Below, in pieces: positions 1 to 12,819 of a DNA stretch of 64,000 nucleotides. Source of the stretch: Octopus sinensis (taxonomy: Eukaryota). Numbering within the stretch: position 1 is the first letter of the stretch; the number at the start of each line of letters is the position of its first letter. A program made the translations under genes and the position numbers. Below the pieces are notes generated by a model. That model worked only from the letters and a program-made list of their open reading frames with translations. It was not told the DNA's origin and did not search any database. The stretch covers positions 73,904,001 to 73,968,000 of the forward strand of contig NC_043006.1 of NCBI RefSeq assembly GCF_006345805.1, in the 5' to 3' direction.

Positions 1-19
1 TGGAAACCCGTCGTACATA

Positions 20-162
<143 letters not shown>

Positions 163-163
163 C

Positions 164-468
164 GTGGAGGCGCAATGGTCCAATGGTTAGGGCAGCGGAC
201 TCGCGGTTGTAGGATCGCGGTTTCGATTCCCAGACCGGACGTAGTGAGTGTTTATTGAGCAAAAACACTTAAAGCTTCACAAGGCTCCGGCAGGGTGTGG
301 TGGCGATCCCTGCTGTACTCTTTCGCCACACCTTTCTCTCACTCTTTCTTCTGTTGGCCTGCTCGCTTAGCCAGCGGGGTGGTGTCATTTGAAGGCTAAA
401 ACAATGCGAAACGCATTGGGACCAGCGATGTGTAGCAACACCCGATAGCCTGGTCGGTCACGGTGATA
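164..468 (+). mobile_element. tRNA-derived SINE family A, tail type 1 (RTE-like)
   Basis: Head GTGGAGGCGCAATGG(T/C)CCA(A/G)TGGTTAGGGCAGCGGACTCGCGG..TTCGATTCCCAGACC. Tail ...GACCAGCGATGTGTAGCAAC..GGTCACGGTGATA. Confidence 0.85.
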
Positions 469-711
469 TATACGTACATACATACATATATATATATACA
501 TATATACATGTATGTATATATATATCTGTGTGTGGGGGGGTGTTACGGAAATAGTGGTACAACAAGGAATCAATGTTTATTGGAAATAGCAGTCAATAAC
601 GATACGATGCTATGTAAAGTTTTACGCAAAGATGTATACGGACAGCGAACTTAAAAATTTTCGTATTAACTCTAGGAAGAACATCGGAAAAATGGACAAC
701 CCAGAATGGAT

Positions 712-788
712 AATCTAGGATTCGAGTTTCGGACTATCCAAAATACGTTTGTTAAAGTAAATTTTATTAGTCCTCATCAGCTAGAATC
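712..788 (-). ncRNA. Type I hammerhead ribozyme-like motif, near-canonical
   Basis: UCUAG-CUGAUGA-GGACUA..UAGUCC-GAAA-C-UCGA-A-UC/CUAGA. Exact core, 6-bp stem II, 5-bp stem I, palindromic UCGA in stem III, one mismatch (A at 16.2). Confidence 0.75.
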
Positions 789-1449
789 ACCTGTGACGAA
801 ATTTTAAAATATCGCCACATCTTGCAAGTATATTCGGTTAAACGCCTAGCCGTCAACAGAACCGAGGTCAGAGAAAACGTTATATATATATACATATATA
901 TTGGCGATTTTCTTGCTACGTCTTCCCTTCTATTGAACTACCCTCTGTTTCCGAAGAAGAGCCTCTGCACAAAACGTTAAACCATCTTTCTTACCAGCTT
1001 GTTCTAGTCAACACTTTATCCTTCCTGCTATCATACCGTGTCACTACTGCCAAGCTCGTGTCTATACCTATTCTCAATTACATAAACACGTAACAACAAT
1101 TACTAAACGCAAAGCAATGTTAATAGTCCATGCTTGTTCGCAAGAGTTGACAATGCGTAAGAGTGTGTATGTGATCCTATATTCTATTACTCTTTTACTT
1201 GTTTCAGTCATTTGACTTCGGCCATGCTTGAGCACGGCCTTTAGTCGATGAAATGGACTCAAGGACTTATTCTTTGTAAGCCTAGTACTTATATCGCACC
1301 CTTTTGCCGAACCAATAAGTTACGGGGATGCAAACACACCAACATAGAAATATATTTCTGTGCCTATGTTAGTTCCCCGTCTCACCATCAGTTATCAAGC
1401 GATGTTGGTGTGTTTACGTCCCCGTAACTTATCCATATATGTGTGTGCG

Positions 1450-1487
<38 letters not shown>

Positions 1488-1839
1488 ATTATATAAAATT
1501 CGTTCTGTCTGTCTGTGTGTACGTCTTCTAGGATCTCGGGCATCCTTCATCCCATTGCGTTCAAATTTGATATGTAGATACCGACGGTGAGAATGCGATC
1601 GATAAAGCCGTTTTTGTCCTGCTTTTCTTCCGTCAACCTGTACATAACTGCATCTTCCGTTTTTTGTTGTTTTTGTACTGCTTACGGTTTGAAACATGTT
1701 TGTGTTCTATCAGTCAACAGTCTTATCATTACTGGTACTTTAAACTCTTCGGTTACATATTCGTGTGAATTTCCTTTGGAGTAGAAAAAATGTCTATCTT
1801 TATTTCTTCTTTTGTTAGTGTTTCCCATTTAGGTTGAAT

Positions 1840-1899
1840 CAGTGTTTCTCAAAGGGGAGTCCTATGGGACGGTCGGACAAGTTATCTTGAGAAACTTTG
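1840..1899. mobile_element. Possible tiny internally deleted Charlie-like hAT remnant
   Basis: CAGTGTTTCTCAA ... TTGAGAAACTTTG inverted ends. The flanking 8-mers match only 5/8. Confidence 0.3.
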
Positions 1900-3200
1900 G
1901 TTTAGATGTTTGACAGGCTCCATTCATTTTCCGTCTACAAATCGACTTCCATTATATATTAGAATAAACTTGCTGAAGCTGGCTCGCAGTGGGACTGATG
2001 CTGGAACCATGTGCTTGGGAAGCAAGATTCTTACCATGTAGTATCTCCTGCGCCTATTTATAATTGTATTAACTTATATGAATCTTCTGTACCGAAATAC
2101 TTATATATGCATACATATATTTAAATTTTACCTAATTCGTTTATCTATTCATATAGTCTTCAACTGTGTAACGGGCAACTCATTTGAAAGATATGCATTA
2201 TCCACGTGACATTGTAATTGTTTTTTCTAATTCGTTCCAGATCAATGAAGCGGAATTTCATTATCACCGGCCTATAAACGTAAGGCCTTTAATTTAAAAT
2301 CTGTTTGATAAGTGCCAACGCTCGAAACTCTCGGCTCTTGAGTCACTCTCTAACTTCTGGCCATTATTAATGAAATATAATCGTATATATCGACATATGT
2401 AATCTTACGCAGATTCATTGATTGAATTTAACTTAGGGAATATACTGCGATTTCTCTGTTTAACTACCTTGACACATCGGTAAATTCGTCATCGTTCAAA
2501 CAGTATGTGATGAGTTGGGGTAGAACCATTTATTAATGGTTGTCAAACTAACGGCAATGTGCAAATTACTTTCTTCATATTTGAATAATGAAAAGAATTC
2601 TGTATATCCATCATTCACAGCTTGCAAGTTTTCAATGTGAAATGTACTTCAGTATTGGAATTTTTATTACGCTCATGCTGTGTTGGTATGCTGCTAATTT
2701 TTAGTATAGTAACGTGCGAACAAACACAAACAAACACATACGTATATGCATCTGCAGACACATACACCAATATGAATCTCTCTCTCACTCTGTAGCTGCG
2801 CACACTTATATGCTGTTATATGTATATAAAATAATTTTCTACGTAAATAGATATTATCCATATTTATTTATTCGATATCTATCTTGAATGGTTGAAATAT
2901 AGTTAATAGGTTGCCTAAATTATCTTCAATATACGACAGTCTATTTGTATGTCTAATCTATTTTCACGGGTTATGACATAACCAAAGATTGAATTGAACT
3001 CATTTTATGGCTTCTTACTTTTAATAAAGCAAGTACATTCTGATATATTTGGATGTATGGTAATTTAAACATTTCTACAGCAAATTTTTGTCAGCACATT
3101 TAAACTAAATGTGCTACAGGGATACACACACACGCACATACACGTACATCCACGTACACACATGCGTACACGCATACATAGACGCACATATATATTAATG

Positions 3201-3237
<37 letters not shown>

Positions 3238-3340
3238 TGTGTGTGTGTGTGTGTATTAAAGAGATTTGTTGTGTAAGGTCGAAACAATGAGAAAAGGTAT
3301 AGTGTATGCTAAAAGGAAAAAGAAAAGGAAACAAAACAAT

Positions 3341-3557
3341 GTTGCAGTTTCACCTTGTATTTCTATATTTTAGGGTTATGATCCCTTCTTCAGGCAAAGG
3401 ATAACACAAAGGAGAGAAATGTCACTTCAACGCCTTTTCCATATATGTCCTAAAGAAAAGTCGTTTCAACGACATTTCCAACAATCACCTTTTCAATATA
3501 TGTCCTAAAGAAAAAGTTATAACCCCGAAATATAAAAATACGAGGTAAAATTGCAAC
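3341..3557. repeat. Inverted repeat (42-bp arms) with internal 27-bp direct repeat; both arms adjoin degenerate hammerhead-like motifs
   Basis: Arms 3341-3382 and 3516-3557, about 80% identical. Direct repeat 3433-3459 / 3488-3514. CUGAAGA-A-GGG..CCC on the minus strand (core 3387-3393) and CUAAAGA..CCCC-GAAA on the plus strand (3505-3530). Confidence 0.65.
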
Positions 3558-3667
3558 CTTGATTTTTTTCGTTTTCCCTTTGCAGTTTACTTTCTTCATT
3601 GTTCCACCATCACACAATAAATCTCTGTAAGGTTATATCACACAATGCTTCGACAAAACTACCTAAG

Positions 3668-3734
<67 letters not shown>

Positions 3735-3930
3735 CATACATACATACATACATACATACATACATACATACATACATACATACATCATACGACTCGATTT
3801 GGGACCACAACTACTTTATTATCTCCCCTTTTTCCTAGCTCTCCTATCTGACTACCTCTGTGCGACATTCGCCATGATTGATCGCTAGTCATTAAATCAT
3901 GCTTTTCTCTCTCTCTGTTTATTTCCGTGT

Positions 3931-3969
3931 TCCTTCGTGTTGAAGAGCGTAGGCTCGAAACGTAAAAGA
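3931..3969 (+). ncRNA. Degenerate hammerhead-like motif
   Basis: UCCUU-CGUGUUGA-A-GAGC-GUAG-GCUC-GAAA-CG-UA/AAAGA. A more decayed homologue lies at about 23115-23145. Confidence 0.35.
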
Positions 3970-4762
3970 CTTTCTCACTTGTCGAGCGGTAACCTAATAC
4001 ATCTGCTTATTGTTTAAACACCCGTCTTCGTCTTTTGTTTTGTATATTTTTTGTAAATTCCAGCTATCCACTTACAATGATTTGGTCGGCCCGAGGCTAA
4101 AGCAGAAGACACTTGTCCAAGGTGGCACTCGTGTGACTGAACTAGGAATCATGTGGTTGGTTGGTAAGCAAGCTTCTTACCACATAGCCACTCCTGCTAT
4201 ATATATAATTAGTTTTTGCGAAGCATTGTGTGGTATAACCTTTATATATATAATCTTAGTGTTTCAAAATAAACAAAATATTTTTTAGCATCTCTTGCAC
4301 TTTTCCAAGTAATTTTTATTTATAATGTCTACTACATTGCGTTCCCTCGAACTCTAATAAAATGGCCACACACTGAGCACATGTAATAATTCTTGGCTAT
4401 GTTGCGACATCGTTTAGATTCGTCCAACTGTTTCTGGTTTATCAAAATCGAAGTGAAAATTATATGTTGGCTGATATTAAAGGAACAAATGTAATAAATA
4501 TGGATGTAAACTCAATAATCTTGCGTGAGAAAAATGGAAAATAACATTGATGTTTCGAACATAAAGTCTTCTATCAAGATAACGAAAGAGAATATGCTCG
4601 GATATTTCTTTCGAAGAACCATAATAATAATAATAATGGATGAATAGTAATAGATGAAGAAAAAGGGTGGGTTGACGTATTGCCTGTGTATAGAAGTGAA
4701 GTAAAAATGATCGTGTGTAGAAATTTAGGAAATGTAGGCCAATGTATCATGTTATATTTAAA

Positions 4763-5134
4763 CTAGCAGTATCGCCCGGCGTTGCTCGGGTTTGTAAGGG
4801 AAATAACTATAAAGCATTTTTAGAGAGTTATAGCCAAAAAATGGAAAAAAAATGATGGTAAATTTTTTTTTTAGTTAAAAAGGTCGAGTTGCGTCCCCTA
4901 GACAGTTTATGGTTTGTGTTTCTGATTCTCGACCCCATGTCGAATTCATCGATTTTTTTCAGAACTGGGGGAACTTTTCAAAATTTTCGCTGCGTTAGTT
5001 TTGAATTATGACTTTGGGCTATGTGTGTGTCAAGTTTCATCAGAATCGGTTGAAAGCAGTGGTCAGGGTGAGGGTACAACCTAACAGACACACAGAAACA
5101 CACACAGACAAACTGCCGTTTATATAGAGAGAGA
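4763..5134 (-). mobile_element. Non-autonomous Helitron (372 bp)
   Basis: Minus strand begins 5'-TC(TCTCTCTATATAAACGG) and ends CTAG-3'. GC hairpin CCCGAGCAACGCCGGG (4775-4790) lies 8 nt before the CTAG. Inserted between A and T with no TSD. CAGA/CA microsatellite near the 5' end. Confidence 0.85.
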
Positions 5135-5842
5135 TGTAATGAAAGATTTCACTTGTATACTAAACTTTGGGGAAGTTAAGAAAATCTATAATGAAATATA
5201 TAAAGTAATTTAGAAAGATTTACGGAATATTTCGTTTTTGAATTGAAGAATATCCCAGGGGATTTACGGGATGTTTTCAAGAGGTAGTGTTGGTGTAGTT
5301 TGCTATTTATGATTGCTATCATTTCAAATTGAGAGAAACCAGAGTTAATGGGCAAATATTATCTTTTATTGCATTCTGATCTGTAACAACACGTGTAATA
5401 TTACAGAAGCATACGCCAACTTCGCCTTTGCTATAACAGCCCTGTCTAAAATGATTTACAACAGAACAAACCTTTTATGGCACGACGAACGAGGCCGGTG
5501 GAAGAAAGAAAGAGCGACGGGAGTTTTAGGAAGGTAGTATGCTGCGATTCGAATGTACTACTATTAAAGACAATCGCTAAAGATGAATGAAACAACTTAA
5601 CAAAGTGGCTGTTTCCATTCACAAAATGAATTGAAATGTATTGTATCTGACTTCTAGAATGTATATGGTAAAGAATGTGATTCTCCGGGGGGATGAAATA
5701 GCAAGCAATCCGAATTAGGGTGGCTGTTATCCAATATACGGAATCTCCGAGGCGGCTTACCTGTTATTTAAACATGATAATAATGTATCATAAACGTCAG
5801 TTAAACACGGCACACTATTATATCGATCGCACAAGTGTTGCA

Positions 5843-5873
<31 letters not shown>

Positions 5874-5914
5874 CTTCTTCTTCTTCTTCTTCTTCTTCTT
5901 CTTCTCTTCTTCTT

Positions 5915-5945
<31 letters not shown>

Positions 5946-6111
5946 TTCTTCTTCTTCTTCTTCTTTCTTCTTCTTTTTCTTCTCTTCTTCTCTTCTTCTT
6001 CTTCTTCTTCTTCTCTTCTCTTCTTCTTCTTCTTCTTCTCTTCTTCTTCTTCTTCTTCTTCTTCTTCTTCTTCTTCTTCTTCTCTTCCTTCTTCTTCTTC
6101 TTCTTCTTCTT

Positions 6112-6142
<31 letters not shown>

Positions 6143-6162
6143 TTCTTATTATTATTATTATT
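5843..6162 (+). repeat. (TTC)n polypyrimidine tract followed by (ATT)n
   Basis: Directly visible. Confidence 0.97.
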
Positions 6163-6540
6163 CAGGCGGTGAGCTGGCGAAATGCTAAGCGTTATTTCGT
6201 CTGCCGTTACGTTCTGAGTTCAAATTCTGCCGAGGTCGACTTTGCCTTTCATCCATTCGGATTCGATTAAATAAGTACCAGTTACGCACTTGGGTCGACT
6301 TAATCCGTGTGTATGTCCTTGTTTGTCCCCTCTGTGTTTAGCCCCTTGTGGGTAGTAAAGAAATAGGTATTTCGTCTGTCTTCATGTTCTGAGTTCAAAC
6401 TCCGCCGAGGTTGACTCTGCCTTTCAGCCTTTCGGGTTCGATGAATTAACTATCAGTGAAACACTGGGGTCTATGTAATCGACTTATCTCCACCCACACA
6501 CCAAATTTCAGGCCTTGTGCCTTTAGTAGAAAGGATTATT
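6163..6540 (+). mobile_element. SINE family B dimer
   Basis: Head GGCGGYGAGCTGGC; B box GAGTTCAAATTC; core GAGGTCGACTTTGCCTTTCATCC; junction AAATA|GGTATTTCG at 6361-6374. Confidence 0.85.
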
Positions 6541-6713
6541 ATTGTTGTTGTTGTCGTTAAGATGGCTAGTTGGCAGAATCGTTTTAAGTTTAAATTCTTC
6601 CGGGGCCGACTTTGCCTGTCGTAGTTGATAAATTAACTACCAATCAAACGCTGGGCTCACAGTAGTCGAATTTTCCCTCTCACAAAATTTGTGGCCACGT
6701 ACTTATTGTGGAA

Positions 6714-6996
6714 GTGGAGGCACATAGCCTAGTGGTTAGAGTAGCGGCCTCGCGGTCGATGGATCGCGGATTCGAATCTCAGACCGGCCGATGTGTGTGT
6801 TTATGAGAGAAACACCTAAGCTTCACGCGGCTCCGGTAATGGCGAACCTCTGCTGTCTCTTTTGCCACAAATTTCACTCATTCTTTCCTCCTGCATCTTG
6901 CAGCTCACCTGCAACGGACCGGCGTCCCTTCCATACGCCAAGGAAACCGGGAAACCGGCCCTTATGAGCCAGGCATAGCTCGAGAAAGAACAATAA
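6714..6996 (+). mobile_element. SINE family A (diverged), tail type 5 (V-domain-like)
   Basis: Same head, diverged. Tail CCTGCAACGGACCGGCGTCCC..GGAAACCGG resembles the V-SINE domain (recalled, not aligned). Confidence 0.65.
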
Positions 6997-7565
6997 TATA
7001 ATAAACTGTTGGTATTTCACATTATCAGCCTTATCGTGTGTATTCGTTGTGTGATCCCGAAATTTCTATACAGTTTTCGGTTTTGGGATTTAAAAAAATA
7101 TTTATATTGTATTTGAAGATCATCGGCAATTTCACTTAAACCTCACCATTTTTCGTTTGGACAACATAGATTTGACGTATACTACCTTTACAAAAGTTAG
7201 ACTTTAATGTTACGGTGTTACCAAAGAGTTATATAATAGTTTTAGCAAAACACTTTATATGAAACGAGAGTTTACGCAAATTTACTGAAACTACAAAGTT
7301 CAGGAAAAACACTACGATACCCAAAACATCGTGCTGCCGTGCAAGATGCTAACGAAGAGGTTGATCTTGTCCTTTGTAGTGGAATCGGACCCTAAATAAG
7401 GAGAAATGATCTATGCCGAAGAACCACTACTTTGTTTGAAGCATCGAGGATAGATTTATCCGAGTATATGGTTTAATGCAGAGTTGGTCAACTATAGTTC
7501 ACTGGTAAGCGATCGATATCTCTAATTCGTAGTTACTCTTGGCGTACACGGATTCGCTTTCATTT

Positions 7566-7784
7566 TCAGGAGCTGGACACCAGCATTATGTAGCGCAAAC
7601 GGAAATCGTTTGTTAGGGTTCTCATGCAAAGTTCGTCAAGTGTGCTCTCTTTCTCGCTGCATGTATAAACATTGTGACTCTTGAGTCTTAAAGCTGATGT
7701 TGAATCTCCTGAAGTGCTTCTCTCTAGGTGCGACACAAACAACCGTGTCATAGTTTCCGTATTACCCAGCCCGGACGTAGAGAT
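7566..7784 (-). CDS. Candidate terminal exon (unidentified)
   Basis: Non-repetitive 72-codon open frame ISTSGLGNTETMTRLFVSHLERSTSG...TLTNDFRLRYIMLVSSS* after a possible acceptor TGCAG. Confidence 0.18.
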   Translation of the reverse strand: MSTSGLGNTETMTRLFVSHLERSTSGDSTSALRLKSHNVYTCSEKESTLDELCMRTLTNDFRLRYIMLVSSS

Positions 7785-7905
7785 CTGCACTTAAGTGAAA
7801 GCGTATCAGGCAAAATGAAAATAACAATTTAACCATATCTAGCTTGTTGGATCGCTGTTAGTTCTCTTGAGATGTATGGTTATACAAAACACTAATCAAA
7901 GTTTC

Positions 7906-8517
7906 TTATTTCTTCATTGCCCACAAGGGGCTAACAATAGAGGGGAGAAACAAGGACAGACAAAGAGATTAAGTCGATTATATCGACCACAGTGCGTAAA
8001 TGGTACTTATTTAAACGACCCCGAAAGGATGAAAGGCAAAGTCGACCTCGACGGAATTTCAACTCATAATGTAACGGCTGACGAAATACCTATTTCTATT
8101 TTTTACTACCCACAAGGGACTAAACACAGAGAGGACAAAAAAGGTCAGGCAAACAGATTAAGTCGATTATATCAACCCCAGTGCGTAACTGGTACTTATT
8201 TAATAGACCCCAAAAAGATGAAAGGCAAAATCGATCTCGGCGGAATTTGAACTCAGAACGTAACGGCTGACGAAATACCTATTTCTATTTTTTACTACCC
8301 ACAAGGGGCTAAACACAGAGAGGACAAACAAGGTCAGGCAAACAGATTAAGTCGATTATATCAACCCCAGTGCGTAACTGGTACTTATTTAATAGACCCC
8401 GAAAAGATGAAAGGCAAAATCGATCTCGGCGGAATTTGAACTCAGAACGTAACGGCAGACGAAATGCCGCGAAGCATTTTGCCCGACATGCTAACGACTC
8501 TGCCAGCTCGCCGCCTT
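7906..8517 (-). mobile_element. SINE family B trimer, period about 189 bp
   Basis: ACGAAAT anchors at 8081, 8270 and 8459. One head only, at the 8517 end. Confidence 0.9.
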
Positions 8518-10866
8518 AAAACACTTAAAGTTTCTTTCGTTTGGTTGAGATTGATAGTGACTAGAAAGAGTGAATGACCAATATGGGCAAACTCACTGAC
8601 AAAACTCTGAGTAGAAGCTACCCATAACGGGACTCGCGCGGTTAGAAATACTTTCCTCACTTAGGTGGTATTTTACAACCGTAGTGTTATTCGGATATAA
8701 TGGAATCTGTGAACGAATTTGAACTACTGCGCTTTTTCTTATTTGGAGAGACGGATTTCACGTATGAAAACTTGTTTCACCTACCATCAACTCGTTCTCG
8801 GAGATCTTGAGGTCAGTGGAAGCATATACTGATGTTGCTATACATCTTGGAGTCTGTGTTCAGAATTTGCATTTGAGAGATACATGTTCCTATAGTACTT
8901 AGGCTGCACTTGTTCAAGAGCTGAGTAGGGTTAAATTGTAAGCTTCTATATCATTGTTAAGTATAACAACGCTATAAACCAGAAGGTGAATTAAAACTAT
9001 CGGCATTCTAGAGAGGATTTTCAGTCAGTAGCTTATCTTTGAAGATATTCTGGACAACGGCGAGTATACGCTAAAGAGTTATTTTTTAAAAAGATTTTGT
9101 TCCAGTAAAAGAAGAAAATCTATTAATAAACTTGGTCATGCTAGGGCGGTGAGCACCAGTCAATCACTGGGGTCGATATAATCAACTACACTTTCCCCTA
9201 GATACTTGGCCCTGTGCCAAAATTATTCTTGGCCATGTGACTATTTGAAATATGACCTTCAGAAAGTTCAAGCTTTTCTTTGCATGAGGAATTATGGTGA
9301 AAAAGTTGGTACAGCAGACAAGGAAAAAATTTGCCTCACAGCAATTGAAAATCAACATGAAATTCTACAAGAACCATATTAAAATGTGAATCCTAAGTAA
9401 AAAGCATTTCCGTACAGCACACGTAGGTAGAAGTTGCGAATGTTGAACTTTCCGCTTTTCATGGATATTAGAAAGGAAAATATCCATAAGTTTCATAGTA
9501 TTGTATTATACGTACATACATACATATACATGTGTGTATGTATACATATATATGTGTGTGTGTGTGTGTGTTTGTGCATGTGTTTGTGTTTCAAAAAAAC
9601 AATGATGTATATATCATTTATAGCTCACACTTGCAGCGGGATTTACTCTCGGAGTCCAAATTTCGTGTGTTAAAAACGCATTCAAAATTACGTTAGCGGT
9701 CCGTCGGACACAACTGTTTTGGTTTAATTTTTCTTCCTCAGTGGCAGACACCACCTAAGTCATTTGGACCACGGTTTACTTCGAAAGTACCACCCAGTGA
9801 GATTGAAACCGGGACCATGTAATTGAAGGCAAACTTCTTAACGAGGCGGTAATATTTGCTGCCAATTTGTCACCACGAACTATTTGGATGCTTTGCTTTT
9901 ATCTACATCTAATATCTTTAAATTAATCGGCTTATAGTGTTCAATCATTGTTTTACCTATCTACAGAGAATTTTTTTCTTGTTTCCTAAATGTCTGTTCC
10001 TCACTTTTCTGTAGTTTCTTTGTACTGCTTCGCTATTCATATCAGTATCTTTTTTTACCTGTTATGGCTAATGTATTAATTTCTCTAATCTCATTTCTGA
10101 TATCTAGTTCACTATTTTAATACTAACCTGACACTTCTAAGTATTTTCCTTTTATTAATTTTCGTCTTCATTTCTATTTGTTGTGCCATATCAATATCAT
10201 ATACTCCGTGAGTACGTATACGGATATTTCCATTCTAAATATCTGATTTCTCTGTAAAAATCTAACTTAATATTTTCATTTCTAATTACTTTTCCACTTC
10301 TGAGAATATCTTTGCCTCATATGACTAAGCCCATATTCATATAGATATCACAATGGAATTAAAGTGTAGATTTAGGAGGTTCTTCAAATTGCTATTATCT
10401 TTTGTATTAAATTATCAATAGACATATGATGGTTTGGAGATTGTATATAACTTTTGCAACTATTTCTAATTCGATTCAACAAAATTGTGAATGGACTCAG
10501 TAGAGCTGCAGTAATAGCTAGAATTCTAAAAAAAATATTCAGATTTCATAGGAAATGAGCACATATAAGTCTGTGTTGTGTGATATTTATCGTTTATTGA
10601 TTGCATAAATTGTGTATTGTCTGGATTGCGTTATAGCATTTGGTAGTAATTCTGTAGAGTATGTATTGTATAAATTGTATATGTGCATGCTATTTATTAG
10701 TCTGTTGTTACTGTGTGGCTTAAGTTGGCAATGTTATACCTGAGAAATTAGGGATTGTGTGTGGAATATTTAGAATTAGCGCCTGCAGTTCTGCTGCGTT
10801 TTGAGGATTCATGTTATTTTGCTGCTCTTTATTAATAGTGTTACCTTTGTTATGTATATATTACCT

Positions 10867-11142
10867 AAAGCTCCACGATGCTCCGGCAGGGGATGGTGGT
10901 GATCCCTGTTGTACTCTTTCACCACAACTTTCTCTCACTCTTACTTCCTGTTTCTGTTGTACCTGTATTTCAAAGGGCCGGCCTTGTCACTCTCTGTGTC
11001 ACGCTGAATATCCCCGAGAACTACGTTAAGGGTACACGTGTCTGTGGAGTGCTCAGCCACTTACACGTTAATTTCACGAGCAGGCTGTTCCGTTGATCGG
11101 ATCAACCGGAACCCTCGTCGTCGTAACCGACGGAGTGCTTCC
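10867..11142 (+). mobile_element. SINE family A, 5'-truncated, tail type 2
   Basis: Matches 62160-62437 (GGGCCGGCCTTGTCACTCTCTGTGTCACGCTGAAT...GTAACCGACGGAGTG). Confidence 0.85.
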
Positions 11143-11776
11143 ATGTATATATTACTGTGTCCTCATTGTTATTATAACTCCGTTTCTCGACGTAAACACC
11201 CCACAGCCATTTTTGTTTTGTATTTCCGCTTTGTGTTATCCCAAAAGTTTGACGCCATTCTGGCTTAAAATGAAATTATTATTAATTTTATTGCTACCAC
11301 GAACTTCTGGCCGAATTGTTAACACGCCGGACAAAATGCTATGCCGCATTCTTTATGGCTCCCTACATTCCGAGTTCAAACGCCACCAAAGTCAAATTTT
11401 CCTTTCATTCTTTCGGGATAGATAAAATAAGTACCAGTTGTGTACTGGAGTTATTATAAACGAGTTCTCTATTCTCTCAAATTTGCTGGACTTTCCAAAA
11501 TTTAGAATGAATTATTACGAGGAAATAGTATGTGTTCTGCTCTAATGTCTTCCGCTCGAATTCGGCTGAGTTCAAATTTGCTCTTCATCATTCCAGGATC
11601 GCTGAAATAAATTACCATAACTGTTAATACATCCCAGTCTTTCTAAGAAATTATTATTTTTCAAATATATGTTCTATCTGGACGGCGTTTCTCCCAGTGG
11701 TAGATAGAATGGTGTAGAGAAGCATGTAGTGCTCAGCACCTGAAATGAAATCTTGGCATTATTGATACGAATCTGA

Positions 11777-12225
11777 AGACGGCGAGCTGGCAGAATCGTT
11801 AGCACGCCAGGCAAGTTGCTTAGCGGTATTTCGTCTGCCATTACGTTCTGAGTTCAAATTCCGCCGAGGTCGACTTTGCCTTTCATCCTTTCGTGGTCGA
11901 TAAATTAAGTACCAGTTACGCACTGGGGTCGATATAATCGACTTAATCCGTGTGTCTGTCTTTGTTCGTCCCCTGTGTTTAGCCCCTTGTGGGTGGTAAA
12001 GAAATAGGTATTTCGTCTGTCTTTACGTTCTGAGTTCTGACTCCGCCGAGGTCGACTTTGCCTTTCATCCTTTCGGGGTCGATTGAATAAGTACTTGTTA
12101 CGCAATGAGGTCGATGTAATCGACTTAATCCGTTTGTCTGTCCTTGTTTGTTCCCTCTGTGTTTAGCCCCTTGTGGGTAGTAAAGAAATTGGTATTTCAT
12201 TTTCTGAGTTCAAATTCCGCCATGG
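11777..12225 (+). mobile_element. SINE family B dimer plus start of a third unit
   Basis: Junctions at about 12006 and 12189. Confidence 0.88.
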
Positions 12226-12819
12226 TCCATTTCGGGTTTGCAAGGAGAACGTGGAGTCAGAAGAAATGCGGCTAAACATCTTGCCAGCGTACTAACGATT
12301 CTACCAACTGGGGGTCGGTGTAACCGACTATACTCCTCACCCGAAATTTCAGGCCTTGTACCTGTAAGAGTTATTAAAAGCATTGAGCTAGCATAATCCT
12401 TAACACACCAGACAAAAATTAGTGGGATTTTGTCCGCCTTTTCGTTGTGAGTTCAAATTCTGGCGGAGTCATCTTTCCCTTTCATCGTTTTGGTGTCGAT
12501 AAATTAAGAACCAGTAAAGTACTGAGGTCCATGTGATCATCTATACCCCCGCCACACAAATTCAAAGCCTTTTGCCTATATTAGAAAGGATTATTAATAC
12601 TAATCTACCAAACACAAACTGTGCTTCTTTGTCAATAAAAAGGATTTTGAATGTTATCAATTTATTGGGATGTTTTCTTGTCTTTGTCAAAGCATATTTT
12701 ATCTTTCAGTCATCTAGGAAAGCAAAAACCACCTTTTATGCCTGTTAGTGTGTGCATTATATAAATAAGCTTCCCCATCTCCAGCACAATTGTTTCAAGT
12801 TTCGGAACAAAGCCAACAG

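Noticed and set aside
7505-7569. Plus-strand 65-nt GTAAGC...TTTTCAG intron
   Set aside because: Flanking frames close within short distances and give no recognisable peptide; probably chance.
9950-10400. A-rich minus-strand LINE-like coding remnant
   Set aside because: Only a weak resemblance (WKVIRNENIKLDF) with many stops; cannot be assigned.
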